NCBI GenBank assembly: GCA_019244185.1
Contig: JAFATB010000022.1
Coordinates: forward strand, 32,001-96,000
Length of the DNA stretch: 64,000 nt
Source: Acidobacteriota bacterium
Lineage (GTDB): Bacteria > Acidobacteriota > Thermoanaerobaculia > Gp7-AA8
Direction: 5' to 3'
The position numbers and the translations under genes were made by a program. Shown piece by piece: positions 24,736-33,225 of this stretch. Positions within the stretch are counted from its first letter, which is position 1. The number at the start of each line of letters is the position of its first letter. The notes beneath the pieces were generated by a model that was not told the origin of the DNA, did not search any database, and was given only the letters and a program-made list of their open reading frames with translations.

Positions 24736-26793
24736 TCAGTTGCGCCGGTCGTTCACGTAGCGGTCGCGGTCGTTCATCCGATAGTAGAAGCGGCGCATGA
24801 GGACCGCGCCGATGGCCAGCACCACCAGTTGGAACAGGCCGTTGCCGAGGACGGAGAAAAAGTCCTGCAAGAACGTGCGCGGCGAGTCGCCGAAGCCGCC
24901 GTAGTACGACATGAACTGCGCGACCACCATGACCAGCGCAGCGGTCGTGGCGATGGTGACGGCGCTGGCGACCCACTGGATGATCAGCTTCGCCGTCTCC
25001 GCGGCCTTGCTGACCAGCGGCACGATGTTGATCGAGCTGAGCGACTCGACGGTCTTCTGCACGCGGTAGAGAAGCTTGACGCCGGAGTCGAAGCCCTGCT
25101 CGAGGCGTGTGAAGATGCGCGGGCTGCAGAACTGGCGCAGGCGTTTGTGCAGCCGCCGCTTCGCGCGCCGCCCCGCGCCGCGCTCGTAGTAGCGGAACTC
25201 CTTGTAGGGATTTTGGTCGTGGTCGAGGCGCGCGGCGATCGTGTCGGCGAGCATCGACGCGCGGATCATGCGCAACGTGTTGAGGCGCATCGGAATCTGG
25301 AACTCGCGCGTGAGGCGCATGAAGCCGAGCCACAGCCGCGACGACACGCGCTCGTACCACGCCGAGTTCTTGCTCTTGATCGCGTAGAGATCGTTCCAGA
25401 ACATCTGCTCGAGCCGCGCGCCGAATTCGTCCTTGTCGATCGGCGGCAGCGGCTCGATGATCGCCATGGCCGCCTGCACCATCCCGCCGATGTCGTTCAC
25501 GCTCTGCGCGTCGAACCACGCCCGCCACGAGTTGAGCTCGCGCCGGTTGAACGAGCCGCACGAGCCGAAGTCGATCAGCACGATGCGGTTCCCCGGCTGC
25601 ACGAGGATGTTCGCCGGATGCAGGTCGGCGTGGAAAAAGATGTTCTCGAAGTTGTTGTAGCGCGAGATCAGCTGCACCCGCCGCGCGAGCAGCACCGGAT
25701 CGAGGCGCATCTGATGGAGGCGTTCCTGCGCGGCGAGGTCCTTCGTCTCGAGCGCGGTGATGATCTCGTTCATCCAGACGCCGCAGACGAACTCCGAGAC
25801 CAGCACCTCGTGGTTCGATTCGTCGGGGAAGATCTTCGGCGCGGTGACGAAGTGGAACTGCCGCTCCTTGCGCATGCGCCGGCGGTAGAGCTCCGAGAAG
25901 CGCGCCTCGCGCACGAAGTCGAGCTCCTCGAAGAGCATCGTGCTCAGCTCGTGGAGGAAGTTCTTCGTGAAGCCGGGGCGGAAGAGGAACACCTCCGCGA
26001 CGGCGAGCAGCCAGCCGAAGGCGCGCATGTCGGCGGCGAGGATGTTGCCGATGTTGGGACGCCGCACCTTCACCGCGACTTCCTCGCCGGTGTGCAGCAC
26101 CGCGTGGTAGACGCAGGCCACCGACGCGGAGCCGATCGGCGCGCGGTCGAACTGCCGGAAGAGCTCCGCGATCGGCTTGCCGGTCGTGCGCTCGATCGTC
26201 GCCACGGCGCTCTCGAACGGCATCGGCGGCACTTTGTCGAGCATGCTCTCGAGCTCGCGCGTGTAGGCGTAGGGGAAGAGGTCGAGCCGCATCGAGAGCT
26301 GCTGGCCGACCTTGATGAACGTGGTCCCGAGCGACTCGAACGTCTCGCGCAGCCGGCGCGCGCGCTGATGCTGGCTGTCGCGGCCGCGCAGGCGGTCGCT
26401 GACGATGCCGAGGCCGAACTGCATTGCGCCGCGTAGCCAGACCAGGAGGCGCAGCGTCGTCTGCAGCAAGCCCGCGTTGAACTGTTCCTCGCGGCGCACC
26501 GGCGGCAGCGCGGATTGCCGTCCGGTCTGGACGCCCAGTCCGGGCGGGCGTCGGAACTCGTGCTCGAAGATCGGCGAGCGTTCCACCGGCGTCTCGAGCA
26601 GCTCCCGGAACGCGAGCCAATCCTCGGTGGCCTCGGCCGCCGCGCGGCGCACTTTGCGCTGGCGGCGCGGCTCGTTGTTCGACGGCACGGCCGTGGGCGC
26701 GGTCAGCGCCGCCAGCACCAGCTCGGTCCGTTCGCCGGCGGAGGGTGATTCGGAGATGGGGAGGGACACGCCGAGATATTTTGCCCGATACAT
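24736..26793 (-). CDS. AarF/ABC1/UbiB family atypical kinase with C-terminal TM helices (start uncertain)
   Basis: FIKVGQQLS (KxGQ), IGSASVACVY, VAVKV, EELDF, FFHADLHPANI, IDFG. Confidence 0.88.
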   Translation of the reverse strand: MYRAKYLGVSLPISESPSAGERTELVLAALTAPTAVPSNNEPRRQRKVRRAAAEATEDWLAFRELLETPVERSPIFEHEFRRPPGLGVQTGRQSALPPVRREEQFNAGLLQTTLRLLVWLRGAMQFGLGIVSDRLRGRDSQHQRARRLRETFESLGTTFIKVGQQLSMRLDLFPYAYTRELESMLDKVPPMPFESAVATIERTTGKPIAELFRQFDRAPIGSASVACVYHAVLHTGEEVAVKVRRPNIGNILAADMRAFGWLLAVAEVFLFRPGFTKNFLHELSTMLFEELDFVREARFSELYRRRMRKERQFHFVTAPKIFPDESNHEVLVSEFVCGVWMNEIITALETKDLAAQERLHQMRLDPVLLARRVQLISRYNNFENIFFHADLHPANILVQPGNRIVLIDFGSCGSFNRRELNSWRAWFDAQSVNDIGGMVQAAMAIIEPLPPIDKDEFGARLEQMFWNDLYAIKSKNSAWYERVSSRLWLGFMRLTREFQIPMRLNTLRMIRASMLADTIAARLDHDQNPYKEFRYYERGAGRRAKRRLHKRLRQFCSPRIFTRLEQGFDSGVKLLYRVQKTVESLSSINIVPLVSKAAETAKLIIQWVASAVTIATTAALVMVVAQFMSYYGGFGDSPRTFLQDFFSVLGNGLFQLVVLAIGAVLMRRFYYRMNDRDRYVNDRRN

Positions 26794-26816
26794 TTAAAAA
26801 AGTCACGCCATACTGC

Positions 26817-26854
26817 TTGACATAAAGCAGGATGCTGATATAGCTTTACGTCAA
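26817..26854. promoter_or_regulatory. inverted repeat/promoter in divergent intergenic region
   Basis: TTGACATAAAGC-14nt-GCTTTACGTCAA, 11/12 palindromic; the left arm starts with a consensus -35. Confidence 0.55.
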
Positions 26855-26883
26855 TCATTAAGGCACAGAGGAAGGAGTCAGCG

Positions 26884-27150
26884 ATGGCAGCGAACTCGAA
26901 CGCGCCGATCATTCTCGATGTCGGCAAGGCAAGCCGGAGACAGATCCGCGAATTGGCCCAGGGCTGTGGAAAGCTCGCGGGGGACGTCCAGGATGCAGTG
27001 GCCGAAGTGACGGCCACACTCGGCGACGACAACGGAGGCGACGAGCAGCGCCAGCTCGTGCCGGTCGTGCTGGTCTACCGGAAGAAGCAGCGCAAGAAGC
27101 GGCGTGCCCGTGGCGGTGGCCGCGGCGGCAGCCTCTTCCCCTGGTTCTGA
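26884..27150 (+). CDS. small basic hypothetical protein (DUF6200-like by recollection)
   Basis: AAGGAG SD; PIILDVGK...QIRELAQGCGKL...VPVVLVYRKKQRKKRR. Confidence 0.7.
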   Translation: MAANSNAPIILDVGKASRRQIRELAQGCGKLAGDVQDAVAEVTATLGDDNGGDEQRQLVPVVLVYRKKQRKKRRARGGGRGGSLFPWF

Positions 27151-27183
27151 GACAACCGCGAAGACGAAGGAGGGAAGCTCGCG

Positions 27184-27801
27184 ATGGCAACCGATTCGAA
27201 ACGTCCCGGCGCGGCCGGGAGCCCCGATCCGATCGCCGGCGCGTCCGTCGGCGGCGCGTCCGTCGGCGGCACGCATGCGCCGGAAGCGCAGACGACGACC
27301 TACGGCGCGCAGCTGACGACCACGCACGCGTCGACGCACAATCCGACGCCGCCGCCCCCGCCGCGTCCCCGTCCGGACGGCGGCGGCAACGGCGGCAACC
27401 GCGACGACGGGCCGGAGCCGATCATCACCGCGCCGGTCTACTTCAAGCGCCGCTCGCGCAACAAACGGCGCCGCAACAAGAAGAAGTACACGAAGGGCAC
27501 CAAGCCGTTCCAGCGCGTGTCGCGCGGCGCGGTCTGGTCCGGCTACCGCGTGGGCAACGGCTTCGCGCGCGGCTTGCGCACCTTCGCGCGCCGTTCCGAC
27601 CGCTCGGCCAACCGGCGCAAGGACGGCTTCGTGCGCTACGCGCTGCGCGACGCGTCGGCCGGCTTCAACTCCGCCGCGCGGCAGTGGGGACGCGCTCCCG
27701 GCGAGATCGCGAACCGCATCGGTACGCGCCTCGTCCGCAACACCGCGTTCGCCGTGAACAACTTCGTCCCCTTCAACCCGTTCAATTTCGGCCGCCGGTG
27801 A
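27184..27801 (+). CDS. basic low-complexity hypothetical protein (DUF6312-like by recollection)
   Basis: AAGGAGG SD; disordered Pro-rich N-terminus, then KRRSRNKRRRNKKKYTKG...RSANRRKDGF. Confidence 0.7.
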   Translation: MATDSKRPGAAGSPDPIAGASVGGASVGGTHAPEAQTTTYGAQLTTTHASTHNPTPPPPPRPRPDGGGNGGNRDDGPEPIITAPVYFKRRSRNKRRRNKKKYTKGTKPFQRVSRGAVWSGYRVGNGFARGLRTFARRSDRSANRRKDGFVRYALRDASAGFNSAARQWGRAPGEIANRIGTRLVRNTAFAVNNFVPFNPFNFGRR

Positions 27802-27912
27802 CGGTAGCCGGACGGACCGGCCACGGTCCGACCTCGGTGGTGGTTGGTGGTGGCGGACTCCGTGGGTTGCAGGCCCCACGGATCCGCCACCCCATTTTCA
27901 GAAAGTCAACTT

Positions 27913-28461
27913 ATGGACCGAATCAGCAAAGCCGTCTATCGACTCTGGGGCTCCCTCGGCACGAACGACAAGTTGCACGACACGCCGCGCTTCGCCGACG
28001 AGCTCTCCGCTCAATGCAGCACCGGCAAGCTCGCGCTGCGCGACGAGCGCGTCAGCAAGTGGTCGTACGGCGAGCAGCTCGAACACCTCTACCGCAGCAG
28101 TCACTACGTCCTCGACCGGCTCGAGGAAGCGATGAGCGGCGCGAACGCGGACGAGCGCCGCGGCGTGTGGGGCCACGGCCTCATGACCGCCGGCTTCATC
28201 CCGCGCGGCTTCTTTCCGACCATCCCGCCGCTCGAGCCGGAAGGCGGCACGATCGATCAGATCGGACCGCTGCGCGAGTCTCTGAAGAAGCGGCTCGCCG
28301 AAGTCGACCTCGATCTGCGCCGCATCAAGGCCAGTCCCGGCCGCAGCCTCCATCCCCGGATGAAGTGGCTCACCTCGAGCGAATGGTTCTTCTTCGCCGA
28401 CGTCCACCACCGCCATCACCTCTCCATCATGCGCGACATCGCGCGCACCGCCCGCCGCTAG
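27913..28461 (+). CDS. DinB/YfiT family putative metalloenzyme
   Basis: KWSYGEQLEHL, HPRMKWLT and HHRHH match the DinB His-triad pattern. Confidence 0.75.
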   Translation: MDRISKAVYRLWGSLGTNDKLHDTPRFADELSAQCSTGKLALRDERVSKWSYGEQLEHLYRSSHYVLDRLEEAMSGANADERRGVWGHGLMTAGFIPRGFFPTIPPLEPEGGTIDQIGPLRESLKKRLAEVDLDLRRIKASPGRSLHPRMKWLTSSEWFFFADVHHRHHLSIMRDIARTARR

Positions 28462-28471
28462 AGCGACTCCC

Positions 28472-29113
28472 ATGATCCGAAAACTCCTCACCGCGCTCCT
28501 CGCGTCGTGCGCCATCTACGGATTGCCGGCGCTCGCTCATCCGGACATCTTCCGCACGCCGCAGTTCTGGATCCTGATCGCGTTCGCCGTCGGGATCTCC
28601 GCGTTCCAGCCGGCGTACAAGCCGGTCGACGCGTCGGCGCCGAAACACGACCGCGGCACCGCGGCGCAGATCGTCTGGTCGGTGTATCTCACGCAGCTCA
28701 TCGGGATCCTCGAGGCCGTGTTCGTGCGCTATCCCGACAGCTTCCGCTGGGACGCGGTGACGACGGCCGCGCTCGTCCTCATGGCCGCCGGACTGGCGCT
28801 GCGCGTCTGGGCCGTGCTCACGCTCGGCCGCTTCTTCACCTGGTTCATCACGGTGTACGAGGATCACCAGGTGATCCGCACCGGACCGTTCCGCTTCATC
28901 CGCCATCCGTCGTACGGCGGCGCGCTGCTGCTGTTCGTCGGCACGCTGCTCTTCATCCACGCGTGGGTCGGCGCCGCGCTGTCGCTCGCCTTTCAGCTCT
29001 TCGCATACGTCCGCCGCATCCGCTACGAAGAAGCGATGATGATCGAGCGCCTGGGCAAGCCTTACGTCGTGTACACGCGCGAAGTGCGCGCGCTCGTGCC
29101 GCTGCTCTGGTGA
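28472..29113 (+). CDS. isoprenylcysteine carboxyl methyltransferase (ICMT/PEMT) family membrane methyltransferase
   Basis: TLGRFFT...DHQVIRTGPFRFIRHPSYGG...RIRYEEAMM...Y..Y. Confidence 0.88.
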   Translation: MIRKLLTALLASCAIYGLPALAHPDIFRTPQFWILIAFAVGISAFQPAYKPVDASAPKHDRGTAAQIVWSVYLTQLIGILEAVFVRYPDSFRWDAVTTAALVLMAAGLALRVWAVLTLGRFFTWFITVYEDHQVIRTGPFRFIRHPSYGGALLLFVGTLLFIHAWVGAALSLAFQLFAYVRRIRYEEAMMIERLGKPYVVYTREVRALVPLLW

Positions 29114-31098
29114 CGCGGCCGGAGCTCCGCTTCGAGCTCGTCGTCGATTTCGTTCAGGAACTCGATGAGCTTCGCGGCGAAGAGCTCCGGCCGTTCCTCG
29201 TGTGACGAGACGCTCGCGAACGGAATGATCTCGAGCCGCCGCGCGCCCGGAATCGTGTCGAGCAACTTCCTGCCGTACGACGGCGAGTAGTACGCGTTGT
29301 CGGCGCCCCAGACGATCAGCGTCGGCACGTCGAGCTGCGCGAGCGACTGATTGAGCATCGCGACGTCGTTGTCTCGTAGCGTACGAAAGAAGCGCGTGAG
29401 GTGCCGGCGTCGCGCGGGCGTGCCGGCCACGGTGTCGCGATAGCGGCGGATGCGCTCCGGCGTGAGCAGCGAGCGGTCGTGCACGAGTCTTCCGAAGCCG
29501 AACGACGAGCGCGCGACGAGCGGCACGCGCATCAGCGATGCGAGCAGTGCCGCGCCGCCGGGGATGCGCATCAGTGACGCGAGGCGCGCCGCGTGCGGCG
29601 GCGGCCACGGGCCCTGCGCGTCGGAGTCGGAGAGCGTGAGGCTGCGCACGCAATGCGGCCAGCGCACGGCGAAGAACTCCGCGACGACGCAGCCGCTGTC
29701 GTTGCCCACGATGTGCGCGGACGCGATGCCGAGCGCGGATAACAGCCCGCGCACGCGCGCGGCCTGGGCCGACAGCGTGTAATCGGCGGATGGCGGAGCG
29801 TCGGTGTCGCTGATGCCGAGGGTCTCGATGATGAGAGCGCGGCGTTTCGTGGCCACCACGCGCTCGACGACGGCGTCCCACGCGTGCGCGCCTGCGAAGC
29901 CGTGCAGAAACACGACCGGCGTGCCGCTGCCGATGTCTCGGTACGCGACGTTGACGTCGCCGACCTGATGGAAGCGCTTCTCGGTGAACGCCGGATCGTC
30001 GCGCGTGACGGAGACCGCGTGGATCGCGGCGCGTTCGGAGCGCGGCTGTAACTCGTCGTCGATTGCGATGCTCGGCGCGACGCTGCGCGCATCGGCCGCG
30101 CGCACCGCGGTCTCGAGCCATTGCGCGGGATCGGGACGCGTGAGCGCGAACGGCGCGAGCGCGAGATCGGCGCGATAGGTGTCGAACACCGGCCCCTGAT
30201 GCAACAGTTCGAGACTGCGCGCGGGCAGCATCCACGCGGCGATGCGCGGCAGCAGCAGCGCGCCGCGTTTGCGTCCGCGGCCGCGCGCGGCGATCGCCGC
30301 CGCTTCCTTCACCGGCAGCGACGCGTGCCAGCCGCAGGCGAGATGAAATGTCCCGTCCGCGCCGGCGCAGGCGAGAGAGGCGATCGCGGCGCCCACGTAG
30401 TCGGCGGGAACGAAGTCGATGCGCGCGCGGCCGTCGCCGGGAAGCGCCTTCGACGACGCGAGCGCCGCGAGCAGCGGATACGCGCCGCCGAGGTGGAACG
30501 CGGCGCCGTTCTTCGCGCGGCCGAGCGTATGGCTCGGGCGGTAGATGGTCACGCGATCGCTGACGCGCGACTCGCGCAGCCGCACTTCCGCCTCGAACTT
30601 GCTGCGCTCGTACGCGTTGTGGAAGCGCTGGCCGCAGTCGAGATCGAACTCCGTCAGGAGTCCGCGCCGCGCGCCGCCGACGAAGCCGGTCGACAGATGA
30701 TGCAGGCGCAGCACGGGATTCCGTTCGAGGAGACGGATCCAGTTTTCGACCGGCAGCACGTTCGCCTGGCGCGCGAGCTCGAGGTTCTGATCGGTCGTCT
30801 CGCGTTGCGCGCAATGGATGCCGACGTCGAACGACGCCGCGAGCTCGTCCCACGCGCCGATCGAGAGGCCGAAGCGCGGCAGGCGCAGATCGCCCATGAC
30901 GATCGTGACGCGGCGCGCGAGCGGTCCGACGTACGCTTCGAGATGGCTGATGAGGCGCGTGCGCGCGGCTTCGTCGAACGGCAGCAGCAGGCGCAGCGAA
31001 TCCACGTCGGGATGCGACAGCAGCTCGCGCAGCACCTCCGCGCCGGCGAGCGTCGCCGCGCCGGTGAGCAGGATCCGCGACTTCGGGGTCGGTCTCAC
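29062..31098 (-). CDS. thioester-reductase-like SDR fused to alpha/beta hydrolase
   Basis: GTG at 31098 with AAGGAG SD. ILLTGAATLAG, GDLRLPRFGL, YERSK, IYRPS, DFVPADY; then VFLHGF, HIVGNDSG, IVWGADN, HEERP. Confidence 0.8.
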   Translation of the reverse strand: MRPTPKSRILLTGAATLAGAEVLRELLSHPDVDSLRLLLPFDEAARTRLISHLEAYVGPLARRVTIVMGDLRLPRFGLSIGAWDELAASFDVGIHCAQRETTDQNLELARQANVLPVENWIRLLERNPVLRLHHLSTGFVGGARRGLLTEFDLDCGQRFHNAYERSKFEAEVRLRESRVSDRVTIYRPSHTLGRAKNGAAFHLGGAYPLLAALASSKALPGDGRARIDFVPADYVGAAIASLACAGADGTFHLACGWHASLPVKEAAAIAARGRGRKRGALLLPRIAAWMLPARSLELLHQGPVFDTYRADLALAPFALTRPDPAQWLETAVRAADARSVAPSIAIDDELQPRSERAAIHAVSVTRDDPAFTEKRFHQVGDVNVAYRDIGSGTPVVFLHGFAGAHAWDAVVERVVATKRRALIIETLGISDTDAPPSADYTLSAQAARVRGLLSALGIASAHIVGNDSGCVVAEFFAVRWPHCVRSLTLSDSDAQGPWPPPHAARLASLMRIPGGAALLASLMRVPLVARSSFGFGRLVHDRSLLTPERIRRYRDTVAGTPARRRHLTRFFRTLRDNDVAMLNQSLAQLDVPTLIVWGADNAYYSPSYGRKLLDTIPGARRLEIIPFASVSSHEERPELFAAKLIEFLNEIDDELEAELRPRHQSSGTSARTSRVYTT

Positions 31099-32234
31099 AG
31101 GGACACTCCTTGTTCGACGCCGGCGAGCACGTGCGCGGCGGAGTAGCGCGACATCCACCAGCGCTGCAGCGGCAGCGTCGGCTTGAGCAGCGGGTCGTAC
31201 GCCTTGATGTAGAGGTACTGGTCTTCGAGCGTGCCGCCGAGGCGTGTCTTCGGCACGTACGAGCTCTGGCCGAGCCACAGCGTCTGGATGCCGCGCTCGA
31301 TCGCGCGCTGGATGCCGGTGTAGTTGAGCAGGTTGTAAATGAGGCCGCTGTCCGGCAGGTCGTAGTCGATGCCGATGCGTTTGTTCTGCTGCTCGCGCTC
31401 GTCGTAGAAGATCATCAGCGAGCCGGCGATGTGGCCGTCGTTGCGCTCGCAGACGACGAGCTCCGTGCGCGGGCTCCTCGTGCGCGCGCATTCGACGAAG
31501 AAGCGCGGGCCGAGCTCCTCGAACTGGTACTTCGCCTTGAGGAACACCGCGCGATGCAGCGGAAAGACGCGCGGGATCATCGACTCGAAGTCCTCGATCG
31601 CGCGCAGCGTGTACGTTCCCTCGGCCTTGTGGAACTGCTTGCGCGCGTGCTTGCGGCCGTTCTTCGAGAGCTGCTTGGTGAGGTAGTCCTCGAACGACGC
31701 GTACGCGGTGTTGATGCGGATCGTCGGCAGCGAGAAGCCTTCCGTGTAGCCGGCGCGGCGGAACACCGCGCGGTCTTCGGCGGGGAAGTCGCGGTGGATG
31801 TCCTTCAGCATCGCCAGCTGCGCGTGATGCTGTTTGGCCACGCCGTCGAGCGCGCGCAGCAGCAGCTGCAGCGCGGTGGCGTGGTCGGTGAGCTCGGGAT
31901 GCATCGGAATCCAGCCGCGGTCGGAGATGAGGCAGCCGGTGACGGCGACGCGCGTCGCGATCGCAGAGCCGACGCCGCTCACGAGCGCGTCGTAGCCGGT
32001 CTGGATCGCCTTCGGCAGCAGCGCGTTGAAATTCAGATTGCTGCCGACGTAGACCGGCGTGAACGCGACGACGGTGCCGTCGTCTTCGACGGTCAGATAA
32101 CGGACGTGCAGCTCGCCCCACAGCGAGCGTTCCATCGCCCGCAGCAGGCCGAACGAGAAATCGAGTCCGGTCGGCAGCGGCGCGAGCTGCGCGGCCCCGA
32201 TCTCGTCGATCGACTCATAGACGTGCGCGCGCAT
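31095..32234 (-). CDS. FemAB-like/BioF2-like tandem GNAT transferase
   Basis: SFEDYL..LSKNGRK, GIDY, IQRAIERG...LGQSSYVPKTRLG motifs. Confidence 0.8.
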   Translation of the reverse strand: MRAHVYESIDEIGAAQLAPLPTGLDFSFGLLRAMERSLWGELHVRYLTVEDDGTVVAFTPVYVGSNLNFNALLPKAIQTGYDALVSGVGSAIATRVAVTGCLISDRGWIPMHPELTDHATALQLLLRALDGVAKQHHAQLAMLKDIHRDFPAEDRAVFRRAGYTEGFSLPTIRINTAYASFEDYLTKQLSKNGRKHARKQFHKAEGTYTLRAIEDFESMIPRVFPLHRAVFLKAKYQFEELGPRFFVECARTRSPRTELVVCERNDGHIAGSLMIFYDEREQQNKRIGIDYDLPDSGLIYNLLNYTGIQRAIERGIQTLWLGQSSYVPKTRLGGTLEDQYLYIKAYDPLLKPTLPLQRWWMSRYSAAHVLAGVEQGVSL

Positions 32235-33225
32235 GGCTCACGACCTTTCGCTGAAAGGCATCGAACGTGTCGCGGGTGTCGGAGGCGAGATCGCCGGCGA
32301 GCGCGCGCACGCGTTGCCGCGCGTCGTCGCTCATGTCGTACGCAAACGGACCGAAGCCGCGCGCGGCCAGGAACGTCGCCGTCGCGCGGAACGTGCGCGG
32401 CAGCACCGCATCGACCCACGCCGCGTCGGACACGGCGATGGTCCACGTGTTGACCAATTGCTCGATGAACGATAGCGCGGCGTCGACGAGCGCGGGATTC
32501 TGCAGCGCGGGGAGCAGCGCGACGGCGATGAGCGTGCCGAGGTCGAAGGCGGGATCGCCGCAGCAAACGCCTTCGAAGTCGACCAGCGCGACCGGCGCGC
32601 CGCGGCGCACGAGGAGGTTCTTGCTCCAGAGGTCCGCGTGGATGAGGCACTCGCGATGCGCTTCCATCTCCGCGCGGATGCCGTCCCATTGCTCGGCGAA
32701 CACCTGCCGCGCGCCGGGCGCGAGCAGTCCGTCGAACACGATCCTGCGCACGATCGCTTCCTCCTGCGCGGGACGCGGCGACGCCTTGCCGCGCGTGCAC
32801 GCGTGCACCGCGCCGAGGCCGCGGCCGAGCGGTTGCGCGGCCTCGAGGAGCAAATCGAAGTCGTCGCGAATGACGTTGAAGAGCACCGCGCGTCCTTCGC
32901 CGACGTCCGTCATCGCCAGCGCGAACTCGTCGCGGTCGACGAACAGCACTTCCGGGATCAGCACCTCGCCTCCCGCGAACGCGCGGAACTGCCACAGTCC
33001 CGCGGCCTCGGAGAACACGCGCTCGCGCGGCAGCTTCACCGGCAGACGCTTCGGCTGCTCCGGAATGACTTTGAGGTACAGGCTGCGCCCGTAGACTTCG
33101 ACGCGATAGACGTAGTTGATGTTCGACAGCGCGCCGTCCTCGGTCACGGAGACCGGCGCGTCGTCGCGCAGCTTCAGACCACGGCGGACGATCGATGCGA
33201 CGTCGGCGACGACGGCGGTGGTCAT
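32215..33225 (-). CDS. APH/methylthioribose-kinase-like phosphotransferase
   Basis: ATG at 33225 overlaps the upstream TGA; NINYVYRV, LYLK, LIHADLWSKN, VDFE...GDPAFDLG. Confidence 0.85.
   Translation of the reverse strand: MTTAVVADVASIVRRGLKLRDDAPVSVTEDGALSNINYVYRVEVYGRSLYLKVIPEQPKRLPVKLPRERVFSEAAGLWQFRAFAGGEVLIPEVLFVDRDEFALAMTDVGEGRAVLFNVIRDDFDLLLEAAQPLGRGLGAVHACTRGKASPRPAQEEAIVRRIVFDGLLAPGARQVFAEQWDGIRAEMEAHRECLIHADLWSKNLLVRRGAPVALVDFEGVCCGDPAFDLGTLIAVALLPALQNPALVDAALSFIEQLVNTWTIAVSDAAWVDAVLPRTFRATATFLAARGFGPFAYDMSDDARQRVRALAGDLASDTRDTFDAFQRKVVSHARARL

Noticed and set aside
27241-27270. Tandem GCGTCCGTCGGCGGC duplication
   Set aside because: In-frame ASVGG x2 in a disordered region; ordinary slippage.
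29062-32234. Bacterial ceramide pathway (GNAT bCerS plus SDR CerR)
   Set aside because: No serine palmitoyltransferase; the PLP domain is class III, and the vlmHOB-like context explains the genes better.
32215-33225. mtnK of methionine salvage
   Set aside because: No mtnA or other salvage genes; it is shorter and embedded in a biosynthetic operon.
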